Positions 53,205-64,000 of a stretch of 64,000 nt of DNA are shown here, one piece after another (position 1 is the first letter of the stretch; the number at the start of each line of letters is the position of its first letter). The notes beneath the pieces are model-generated. The model worked only from the letters and a program-made list of their open reading frames with translations, searched no databases and was not told where the DNA came from. The DNA is from Octopus vulgaris (lineage: Eukaryota): positions 81,654,001 to 81,718,000 of the forward strand of contig OX597827.1 of NCBI GenBank assembly GCA_951406725.2, given 5' to 3'. The translations under genes and the position numbers were made by a program.

Positions 53205-53625
53205 AGGTTGTGATTTTGATACCTGGCAGCATGTTGTGTCCTTAAGCAAGATACTTCATTGCACCCTGGACAGGCGTCTTCTACCGTAGCCTAGAGCAGA
53301 CCATAACCTTTGGTTGAGGAAACTGAAAGAAGCCTAATGTAAATATACATATGTGAGTGTGTATGTTTGTGTGTGCCTGTGTGTATGTGTGGGTGTATGC
53401 GTATGTGTGTGGTGTATGTGCATGTGTATGTGAGTGCATGTGTTCGTGCATGTGTTCGTGCATGTGTGCATGTTTATGTCAACCAGTGTTGGTTTGTTTT
53501 TGTCCCCGTAACTGAGTGGTTAGGCAAAAGCAACGAATAGAACAGGTATCAGAATTTGAGAAAATTTGAAATCCTTCAAGGCAGTGCTCCAGCATGGCAG
53601 CAGTCTAATGACTGAAACAAGTAAA
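53205..53625 (+). mobile_element. Diverged SINE (family C-like head, family A-like body) truncating the mariner copy
   Basis: GAAACTGAAAGAAGCC...GCAGTGCTCCAGCATGGC..CAGTCTAATGACTGAAACAAGTAAA. Confidence 0.6.
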
Positions 53626-54162
53626 TGAGGGAAGATAAAAGCTAATAAATAAATAAAGTAAAATAAAAGCCAGTCTCAAACAATTAATGGAATATTTAAC
53701 GGATCCACCTGGATTTGTATAACACAAGAGAAAGACCTGGCCCAGTTTGGAGAAGATCATGCAAGCAGGATTGTTAAAATGAGAGAAAATTGTCAATAAC
53801 AGCATTATTAAATGTGTGTGTGCTCAAGTGAGGCTGACGTTGCAATCCAGGCGCAATTTACACATGCACGTTCAGTTAGCTAATGCAATTAATTGCTACT
53901 AGCTGAAGTCAAATGCTCTTTCTTCCCAATAACTTGCGATCAACGAAATACTTCTGCATGCTCATGTGCACATTTATTCAGATGTATGTGGGTATGAGAG
54001 TTTGTGTGAATGTATGTATATCTGTGCGTGTGTGTGTGTGTGTGTGTGTATATATAAATGTGAAATTTATATAAATAAGGATAAGGTCGTTTATTTAAAT
54101 ATCGATCTTATTTATATAAAGCTGGCCACTTGATAAGATATATATAAATGTGTGTATGTATG

Positions 54163-54221
<59 letters not shown>

Positions 54222-54365
54222 TTTATTTTTTTAAAATTTTTATCTAGTTTCAGCTCACAAGTTGTGGCCATGCTGGGGCACCGCCATTTGGTGTTGCTTC
54301 ATGATTTTACTTCACGAATGCTTTTTAGCAATTGCCATTTGGTGCATGAGAGAGTTCAATGCAGC

Positions 54366-54405
<40 letters not shown>

Positions 54406-54409
54406 GATA

Positions 54410-54502
54410 GTGAGAATTTACAAAAAAACAAAAGACGAAGATGGGTGTGTAAACAACAAACAGATATATTAGATTAATGCTCGGGAAATGAGAAAGTCTT
54501 TT
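54410..54502 (-). mobile_element. 5'-truncated copy of the 46232-46380 repeat
   Basis: Colinear with 46232-46324; homology ends at GAAAGTCTTTT. Confidence 0.75.
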
Positions 54503-55040
54503 CTCTCTTAGTCATTTTTCTTGGCCTACCTGTAGACTTTCTAGCTTCACACGAACCACAATCATTGTAGACTTTAAGAATACCGTGAACAACACTTTAT
54601 GACTTGTTAACAATCTTTGCAATAGACCTAATACTTAAATTATCCTTCTTTTGAAGTTTAATAATCTGCTGACGAATTGGTAACAGAGTAAGTGGCATTA
54701 TATTAACAAAGTACACTGCAGATATTCTTACTAATGTTTAGTAAACGAACCGTCGCGTAAACAAATTCAAAACATTAGAGTTCCCCAGTTAAATATACTA
54801 AAACACGGAGTAAAAGCAACCGTTCTGATCATTTTGGCCGCCATAGGTTTTGCAGTAAATCACTAAATCATCCATAACTTTTTTATTGTCCTCTCAAATT
54901 ACACCAAAATCTCAGACAATAACAAATAATATCGTATTTATTGTCTGTGAAAATTATAGAATATAAAACAACTTTCATAAAAACTTATACCTACTTTTCT
55001 GAGGAAAACAATGCCGTTCTGAAAATTTTGGCCGCAACTG
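54503..55040 (-). mobile_element. Tc1-like (IR/DR type) element, 5' part
   Basis: TA|CAGTTGCGGCCAAAA terminus with an internal direct repeat at 54821-54841; ATG 54698 reads MPLTLLPIRQQIIKL...SIRSIAKIVNKS*SVVHGILK...TGRPRKMTKRE. Confidence 0.8.
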
Positions 55041-55069
55041 TACGTACATATATATAACGAACTAACTGT

Positions 55070-55285
55070 TACTTTCTCAGATGCAGCACGGAGTTTTGTC
55101 AGTGAACAGGTCACGGTTTTAAAGCGACGAAAATATTTTGACAAATTAAACTTAAATGTTGAAGTGAATCTAACAGTTTTTATGTGTTTCTTAAATGGCT
55201 TACAAACACCTTCCACGCTGCAATTGTTTTTGTTTCAGCGCACGATCTCAGATCAAATCACTTGCTATGCAAGTACATCTTCGTA
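55070..55285. repeat. Unclassified short interspersed repeat between (TA)n tracts (possibly Penelope-derived)
   Basis: CpG-containing block bounded by TA runs, with a GTCA..GTC.C..GCGAC-GAAA..TGAC fold reminiscent of a decayed hammerhead; single copy in the window. Confidence 0.3.
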
Positions 55286-55309
55286 ATATATATATATATA
55301 TATATATAT

Positions 55310-57765
55310 CATCATCATCATCATCGTTTAACGTCCGCTTTCCATGCTAGCATGGGTTGGACGGTTCAACTGGGGTCTGGGGAGCCCGAAGGCTGCACCA
55401 GGCCAGTCAGATCTGGCAGTGTTTCTACAGCTGGATGCCCTTCCTAACGCCAACCACTCCGAGAGTGTAGTGGGTGATTTTATGTGCCACCGACACAGGT
55501 GCCAGACGAGGCTGGCGAACGGCCACGCTCGGATGGTGTTTTTTTATGTGCCACCGACACAGGTGCCAGACGAGGCTGGCAGACGGCCACGCTCGGATGG
55601 TGTTTTTTTTTATGTGCCACCGACACAGGTGCCAGACGAGGCTGGCGAACGGCCACGATCGGATGGTGTTTGTTACGTGCCCACAGCACGGAGGCCAGTC
55701 GATGCGGTACTGGCTACGGCCACGTTCGGATGGTTTTCTTGTGTGCCACCAGCACTGGTACCACAAAGATACAAATTCCATTTGATGTTCATCTATTTTG
55801 ATTTGGTTTGATTTTCACTTGCCTCAACAGGTCTTCACAAGTGTCACAAGAAGGAAGGTATGCACAGGTGAACTGACTACGTCCCAGGTAGGGGCCACAG
55901 GTTATGGCCTCACTAGTCTTGCCGGGTCTTCTCATGCACAGCATACTTCCATAGGTCTCGGTCTCTAGTCATTTCCTTGGTGAGACCTAAAGTTTGAAGG
56001 TCGTGCTTCACCACCTCGTCCCAGGTTTTCCTGGGTCTACCTCTTCCACAGGTTCCCTCAACTGCTAGAGTGTAGCACTTTTGCACACAACTATCTTCAG
56101 CCATTCTCGTTACATGACCATACCAGCGCAGCTGTCTCTCTTGCACACCACAACTGATGCTTCTTAGGTTCAACTTTTCTCTCAAGGTACTTACACTCTG
56201 TCGATTATGAACACTGACATTACACATCCATCGGAGCATACTGGCTTCATTTCTTGCGAGCTTACGCATATCCTCAGCAGTCACGGCCCATGTTTCACTA
56301 CCATGTAGCATGGCTGTACGTACACATGCATCATACAGTCTGCCTTTTACTCTGAGCGAGAGGCCTTTTGTCACCAACAGGGGTAAGAGCTCTCTAAACT
56401 TTGCCCAGGCTATTCTTACTCTAGCAGTTACACTTTCAGCACCACCCCCCGCTACTGACTTGGTCACCTAGGTAGCGGAAGCTATCAACTACTTCTAGTT
56501 TTTCTCCCTGGAATGTGGTAGAAGTTGGTATCTGCACATTTTCAGTGTTTATTGCTCCTGAGCATCTGCCACAGACAAAAACTATTTTCCTAGTTAGCCT
56601 TCCTTTGACATTGCTACACCTCTTAAGTGTCCATAGCTTGCACTTGGTGCACCTTATAGAGTTTCTACCTACACCTTTTTTACAGATCGAGCAGGGCCAT
56701 CTACCTGAAGGCGTTTGTAACTTGTCTACTTTCCTACTTATTAGGACTTTGGTTTTGGCTAGATTGATTCTGAGGCCCTTCGATTCTAGACCTTGCTTCC
56801 ACACCTGAAACTTCTCCTCCAGTTCTGATAGTGACTCAGCAATTAGAGCAAGGTCATCAGCATAGAGGAGCTCCCAGGGGCATCCTGTCTTGAATTCCTC
56901 CGTTATTGCCTGGAGGACTATGATAAATAGGAGGAGACTGAGGACTGAACCTTGGTGGACCCCAACCTCTACCCGGAATTCTTCACTGTACTCATTGCCA
57001 ACCCTCACCTTACTAGCAGCGTCTCTGTACATGGCTCGCACAGCTCTCACTAACCATTCATCTATCCCTAGTTTCCTCATTGACCACCAGATAAGGGATC
57101 GGGGGACCCTGTCAAAGGCTTTCTCCATGTCAACAAAAGCCAGGTACAAGGGCTTATCTTTGGCTAGGTATTTCTCCTGCAGCTGTCTTACCAGGAATAT
57201 AGCATCAGTAGTACTTTTCCCTGGCACGAACCCAAACTGCATCTCATCTAAGCTAACTCTCTCTCTAATTAATTGGGCTATAACCCTCTCCGTAACCTTC
57301 ATTACCTGATCCAGCAGCTTGATGCCCCTGTAGTTATTTGTATCTAGGGCGTCACCTTTACCTTTGTAGCAGTTGGCTATTATGCTGCTACACCAGTCAT
57401 TGGGTATGACTCCTTCGTGTATCACCTGGTTAACTATACGGGTGACTATGCTATAGCCGACACTACCAGATATTTTGAGCATCTCTGCAGTAATTCCTGA
57501 TGGGCCTGGGGCTTTCCCTGTTTTCATGCTTGTAATTGCCTTAACTACTAAAGAACTGTTAACTCGGATTGCTGGTCCCTCTGTTGGGTCGACATTCGGC
57601 AGACTCTCTTTATCCCATTCATTTTCCTCATTCAGCAACCTTTCATAGTGGCGTCTCCAAGCCTCTCTCTTTGCATCCTCATTTAGCACAAGTGAACCGT
57701 CATCCTTGCGAACACATTTCTCTCCTACCATGTCACGATTCTCTCTCACACACTGTCTTGCAACA
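55310..57765 (-). mobile_element. RTE-clade LINE, 5'-truncated, near-intact RT with one frameshift near 56455
   Basis: [50 protein letters not shown]-like CxxC motifs, LRWYGHV and GRGRPRKTW; 3' UTR array and (GAT)n tail. Confidence 0.95.
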
Positions 57766-57779
57766 TATTTATATATGTG

Positions 57780-57986
<207 letters not shown>

Positions 57987-58239
57987 AAAAAATGAAGTTC
58001 GAAAATGCTGCTGTATTATACAATTTTTAATTTTTATATATATACATTATAACATGTTTCAATACTAAAACAAAAGATAAGTCCTCCGAAAAGGAGAAGC
58101 AAAATTCCACCACGACCGCTACTTCAAACAGACACTCACTCTGACGGAAATATACCCAAGTAAAAAAAAGGGAAAAAAATTCTTTCGTGCAAATCTGACC
58201 CTGATACATACGATACAGCTAAGGGTCAGACCCGATTCT

Positions 58240-58770
58240 GATTGGTCAACAAGTTGATGACGTCTAGCTCAGCTAGAATGGACAGGATACAAACAGGGGA
58301 CAGTCATTAGTCAGAATATTGATGACGTCCTTTTCTGCTTGAATAGTCACCTAACAAGTACAGACAGGGGGCAGATCTAATGTAGCTATAAGTCGTGATT
58401 GGGCAGAATCTGCATGACGTCCCGTTCTGCTTGACTAACGAAGCGACTGGTCAGGACAGGAAACAAACAAGAGGCAGTTATAATGCAGCGATTGGTCAAA
58501 ATAATGATGACGTCCCGTTCTACTTGACTAACGAAGTGACTGGTCAAAACAGGAAAACAAACAAGAGGAAGTTATAATGCAGCGATTGGTTAAAATAATG
58601 ATGACGTCCCGTTAAAGCCACCTAACGAAACGATTGGTCGAAACGTTGATGACGTCACACTACGCTGAATTGACCACCTAACAGGCATTATAAAACCGAA
58701 CACTTCACAAAAACTCATTAGAACCACCCAGCGAACATCCACCATGGGTCATCACATTTGCTTAAGGTAA
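58240..58770 (+). promoter_or_regulatory. Pol II promoter-like cassette: 6 x (ATTGG-N12-TGACGTC), TATAAAA, Inr-like TCATT, CCACCATGG, AAG|GTAAAA
   Basis: Motifs read directly; TATA at 58689 is 28 nt upstream of the Inr A at 58717. Confidence 0.6.
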
Positions 58771-59018
58771 AAATGAATTCCTCGCTCTTTCGGAAACATC
58801 AATCTTCTGTATTGACCGCTTTCCACCACTTTGATCTGTTTTTTGTATTGAATACGTATCGCCACCGTGGGCCACTGCATCGAACACTTTGAACATATAC
58901 TTCAAACTATATATCAACTATACATGAACTATATATCAACTATACATGAACTCTAAGATGTCTGACTCCGTTGTGTATTATAAATGAATTTCTTGTGTTT
59001 GATGGCATGAGCTGTCTT

Positions 59019-59091
59019 TTTTTATATATAACTTTTTTTGATAAAGTTCATTTCAGGAACTGAAACATGTTATAATGTATATATATAAAAA
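59019..59091 (+). ncRNA. Putative minimal type I hammerhead ribozyme, U3-A8 core variant
   Basis: TTGATAA-AGTTC-ATTTCAG-GAACT-GAAAC-AT-GTT, with distal helix I TTTTTATATATA/TATATATAAAAA. Confidence 0.5.
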
Positions 59092-59172
59092 TTAAAAATT
59101 GTATAATACAGCAGCATTTTCGAACTTCATTTTTTACAAATATATACCTACTCGTATACGAGCTAATCCTAT

Positions 59173-59218
<46 letters not shown>

Positions 59219-59226
59219 TGTATGTA

Positions 59227-60596
59227 TCTATAAGATGTACCCAGTGTAAGCTATGGACACATAAGAGGTGCAGCAATGTCAAAGGTAGGCTAACTGGGAA
59301 GATAGTTTTTGTATGTGGCAGGTGCTCTGGAGCATTGACCTCCGAAAATCTGCAGAAAACAACTTCTGTCACTTTCCGAGGGGAAAAACTAGAAGTAGTT
59401 GATAGCTTCCGCTATCTAGGTGACCAAGTCAGTAGTGGGGGTGGGTGCGCTGAAAGTGTAACTGCTAGAATAAGAATAGCCTGGGCAAAGTTTAGGGAGC
59501 TCTTACCTCTGCTGGTGACTAAAGGCCTCTCGCTCAGAGTAAAAGGCAGACTGTATGATGCATGTGTACGAACAGCTATGCTACATGGCAGTGAAACATG
59601 GGCCGTGACTGCTGAGGACATGCGTAAGCTCGTGAGGAACGAAGCCAGTATGCTCCGATGGATGTGTAATGTCAGTGTACTTACTCGACAGAGCGTTAGT
59701 ACCTTGAGAGAAATGTTGTACCTAAGAAGCATCAGTTGTTGTGTGCAAGAGAGACGATTGCGCTGGTATGGTCATGTGGCGAGAATGGATGAAGATAGGT
59801 GTGTGAGAAAGTGCCAATCCCTAGCAGTTGAGGGAACCCGTGGAAGAGGTAGACCCAGGAAAACCTGGGACGAGGTGGTGAAGCACGACCTTCGGACGTT
59901 AGGTCTCACCATGGAAATGACTAGAGACCGAGACCTATGGAAGTATGCTGTGCGTGAGAAGACCCGGCAAGACTAGTGAAGCCATAATCCGTGGCCCCTA
60001 CCTGGGACGTAGTCAGTCCACCTGTGCATACCTTCCTTCTTGTGACACTTGTGAAGACCTGTTGAGGCAAGTGAGAATCGAATCGTATCGAATCAAATCG
60101 AACCAAATCAAAATAGATGAACATCAATGGAATTTGTATCCTTGTGGTACCAGTGCCGGTGGCACATAAGAAAACCATCCGAACGTGACCGTAGCCAGTA
60201 CCGCAATGACTGGCCTCCGTGCTGAGGGCACGTAACAAACACCATCCGAGCGTGGCCGTCTGCCAGCCTCGTCTGGCACCTGTGTCGGTGACACATAAGA
60301 AAACACCATCCGAGCGTGGCCGTCTGCCAGCCTCGTCTGGCACCTGTGTCGGTGGCACATAAAAAACACCATCCGAGCGTGGCCGTCTGCCAGCCTCGTC
60401 TGGCACCTGTGTCGGTGGCACATAAAATCACCCACTACACTCTCGGAGTGGTTGGCGTTAGGAAGGGCATCCAGCTGTAGAAACACTGCCACATCTGACT
60501 GGCCTGGTGCAGCCTTCAGGCTTCCCAGACCCCAGTTGAACCGTCCAACCCATGCTAGCATGGAAAGCGGACGTTAAACGATGATGATGATGATGA
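59227..60596 (+). mobile_element. RTE-clade LINE, 5'-truncated
   Basis: Open C-terminal ORF to TAG at 59976, highly similar to copy 55310-57765; 3' UTR array and (GAT)n tail. Confidence 0.95.
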
Positions 60597-60636
60597 TATA
60601 TATATACATATATGTATGTATATATATATATATATG

Positions 60637-60688
<52 letters not shown>

Positions 60689-61532
60689 CTAGCAGAATTG
60701 CCTGGCGTTGCTCGGGGCTGAATTGCTTGAAAGTACTGTTAATGATTGCACTGAATTATGATGATTTTTCAGGCAAATATTGATATAAGTTTACGGTGGG
60801 AGATAAGGACTTAACGATAAAACGTGTGCCATTGCATTGTTTTGGGGGAACCAAATTTCTGATGAGCATTATAGGGGCACCAACTTTAAGTTTGAGAAAG
60901 TGTGGTGGTAGTCCGGGGTGCTCAAAGGAATTGAGTACCTCTATTGGATAGTTGATGACGTCCTCTGGGTCAGGAGTTGTATCGATAGACTGATATACAT
61001 AGACTTCCCCAGGAATGAGTTTTAGCATTTCATCATTAATATGGTGAACAGTTTTATTCCTCGGGGCCAGTATAGCCTTTTTGCCAATCCAATCCATATT
61101 CTGATAATTAGCTTGTAGATCTGGGAACACTGCATCTCTGAGATCAGAAGGCGTCTTAACAATGGTACAAATGGAATCGATGGCAATATTACCATTTTCA
61201 TCCCCTGGTATTTTGCCTTCGCCAAGTGCAAGGAGGGTGTGAGGAAATGCTGCTGATGTGATATTACATCGCATATGAGCACGCATATTGGTGTGAAGTT
61301 TGAGAGTTACTTCCCTTTATTTAAAAAAATATGCATTAAAATGGAAAAAATGATGGTAAATTATTTGTAAAATCATAGACTCATCGTAGACGCGCGCTAA
61401 TACCCAGAAGGGCTCTATATGAATCACGACTATAAGATACCCGGTTTTGGTTAAACTGATTTGCAAAATGTGGGAGTAGTTAGGAATCTAAATCGGAGTA
61501 GACAGACACACAACCTTTCTTTTATATATAAA
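60689..61532 (-). mobile_element. Helitron, internally deleted, with a PIF1 helicase fragment (60756-61286)
   Basis: AILAPRN, P.EVLNS...PGLPPH.LKLKVGAPIMLIRNL and CNGTR motifs; minus-strand 3' end CCCGAGCAACGCCAGG...CTAG|T; TATATATAAAA 5' end. Confidence 0.9.
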
Positions 61533-61880
61533 TATTTTCGTCCTAAAAAACTTTGTATGGATTGAATGGTTACCTCTATGGAAATATATACACGCACATT
61601 ATACATACATGTGTGTATAGATGAATATATAAATACATTTAAATATCTATATACACTTTTGGGCGATCTTTCTTTTTCTTAGAGATAACTTTAGATCTTA
61701 TATTCGTCCTAAAAAACTTTGTATGGAGTGAATGGTTACCTCTATGGAAATATATACACACACATTATACATACATCTGTGTATAGATGAATATATAAAT
61801 ACATTTAAATATCTATATACACTTTTGGGCGATCTTTCTGCTACTTGGATATAGGTCTTATATTCGTCGTAAAAAACTTT
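61533..61880. repeat. ~165-bp tandem duplication (2 units plus a partial third)
   Basis: TTCGTCCTAAAAAACTTTGTATGG...TTTTGGGCGATCTTTCT occurs at about 61537 and 61703; the unit start recurs at about 61863. Confidence 0.85.
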
Positions 61881-62379
61881 CCTGTCACACACTCATGCAC
61901 ACGCACACACACACACACACACACACACGCATCCTCACACACACACACACACGCACACACACACTCACACACATGCACACACACACGTTAGCTTACAATT
62001 TTATTTATATATTTGCGTGTCTATGTGTGTAAAGTGGAAGTGGGAATGTAGAGTGAAATAGTCACTCACTACAGAAAGTGAATTAGTTTCACTTTATTCG
62101 TTGCACACTGTGTGTGTGCGTTTGCGTGTGCTGTATCCCACACTAAGAGAAGCATTTGACTCATACACCACAATGTGAGTTTTCTCTAAATTTTGCTTAA
62201 TTGGGGTTGAAATTTTAAAAAGTGGACCTGTGACGACCCGATGCATTCTACTCTTAAAAATGCTAGGTAAATTGTAATTGAAGAAATCCTATATTGTAGA
62301 TTTCTATAAGATACAAAGGGAGGCAGATAAAATCTGCCTTTTATAATAAGAGATATATATATATATATATGTATGTATA

Positions 62380-62538
<159 letters not shown>

Positions 62539-62590
62539 ATATATGTATATATATATATATATATGTATGTATATATATATATGTATGTAT

Positions 62591-63973
62591 CATCATCATC
62601 ATCATCGTTTAGCGTCCGCTTTCCATGCTAGCATGGGTTGGACGGGTCAACTGGGGTCTGTGAAGCTGGAAGGCTTCGTCAGGCCCAGTCAGATCTAGCA
62701 GTGTTTCTACGGCTGGATGCCCTTCCTAACGCCAACTACTCCGCGAGTGTAGTGGGTGTTTTTTACGTGCCACCTGCACAGGTGCCAGACAGAGCTGGTG
62801 AACGGCCACGAACGGATGGTGCTTTTACGTGTCACCGGCACGGGGCCAGGCGATGCTGGCAACGGACACGAATGGATGGTGCTTTTACATGCCACCGACA
62901 CGGTTGCCAGACAGAGCTGGCAAACGGCCACGAAGCGGACGGTGCTTTTACGTGTCACCGGCACGGGGGCCAGCCGAGGCTGGCAACGGACACGGACGGA
63001 TGGTGCTTTTACGTGCCACCGACACGGGGCCAGACAGAGCTGGCAAACGGCCACGAACGGATGGTGCTTTTACGTGCCACCGACACGGGGCCAGACAGAG
63101 CTGGCAAACGGCCACGAACGGACGGTGCTTTTACGTGTCACTGGCATGGGGCCAGGCGAGGCTGGCAACGAACATGAACGGATGGTGCTTTTACGTGCCA
63201 CCGACACGGAGCCAGGTAGAGCTGGCAAACGGCCATGAGCGAATGGTGCTTTTACGTATCACCGGCACGGGTGCCAGACGAGGCTGACAGCGGACACGAA
63301 CGGATGGGTCACTTAACCCTGCTTTCTGATATATGATTTGATTTTGATTGTTCTCACTGGTCTTGCTGGGTCTTCTCATGCACAGCATACTTCCATAGGT
63401 CTCGGTCTCTGGTCATTTCCTTGGTGAGACCTAGAGTTCGAAGGTCGTGCTTCACCACCTCGACCCAGGTTTTTCCTGGGTCTACCTCTTCCACAGGTCC
63501 CCTCAACTGCCAGGGTGTGGCACTTTTTCACACACCTATCTTCATCCATTCTCACCACATGACCATACCAGCGCAATCGTCTCTCTTGCACACAACATCT
63601 GATTCCTCTTAGGTCCAACTTTTCTCTCAAGGTACTTACACTCTGTCGACTATGAACACTGACATTACACATCCAACGGAGCATACTAGCTTCATTTCTC
63701 GCGAGCTTACGCATGTCCTCAGCAGTCACGGCCCATGTTTCACTGCCATGTAGCATGGCTGTACGTACACATGCATCATACAGTCTGCCTTTTACTCTGA
63801 GCGAGAGGCCTTTTGTCACCAACAGAGGTAAGAGCTCCTAAACTTTGCCCAGGCTATTCTTACTCTAGCCGTTACACTTTCAGCACACCCACCCCCACTA
63901 CTGACTTGGTCACCAAGATAATGGAAGCTATCAACTACTTCTAGTTTTTCCCCCTGGAAAGTGACGGAAGTTG
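62591..63973 (-). mobile_element. RTE-clade LINE, 5'-truncated, with a 9-unit 3' UTR array
   Basis: The C-terminal RT region matches the other two copies (with frameshifts); (CAT)n tail at 62591; the 5' end abuts (TA)n. Confidence 0.95.
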
Positions 63974-64000
63974 TATATATATATATATATATATATATAT

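Noticed and set aside
62752-63306. CRISPR-like repeat-spacer appearance of the ~60-nt array
   Set aside because: The intervening segments are homologous to each other rather than unique spacers, the array lies in a eukaryotic LINE 3' UTR, and there are no cas genes.

Overview
Eukaryotic, AT-rich and microsatellite-dense genomic DNA. The repeat families and the protocadherin type point to a coleoid cephalopod, most likely Octopus (inference). There is one clear host gene: a protocadherin whose signal peptide, six cadherin repeats, transmembrane helix and proximal tail lie in one 2.45-kb exon (16408-18858, + strand). That exon has a strong splice acceptor and a phase-0 GTAAGT donor, so further exons are expected. 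Nearly everything else is transposon-derived: three tRNA-type SINE families, RTE-clade LINEs in (TA)n tracts with a variable ~60-nt tandem array in their 3' UTR, a head-to-tail stack of R4/Dong-like RLE LINEs in (TAA)n, mariner/Tc1 relics, Helitrons, piggyBac-like MITEs and a Penelope GIY-YIG fragment. Most short ORFs in the supplied track are microsatellite or antisense noise. The most unusual signals are (i) a 1.16-kb non-coding element (57982-59140) with perfect 80-bp inverted ends, six CCAAT-N12-CRE modules, TATA/Inr/Kozak-ATG/splice donor and a U3-A8 variant hammerhead ribozyme, and (ii) further Penelope-type minimal hammerhead motifs, including a CUGUYGAA-core family with one copy truncated at the predicted cleavage site. 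All calls were made by eye; repeat boundaries are approximate.
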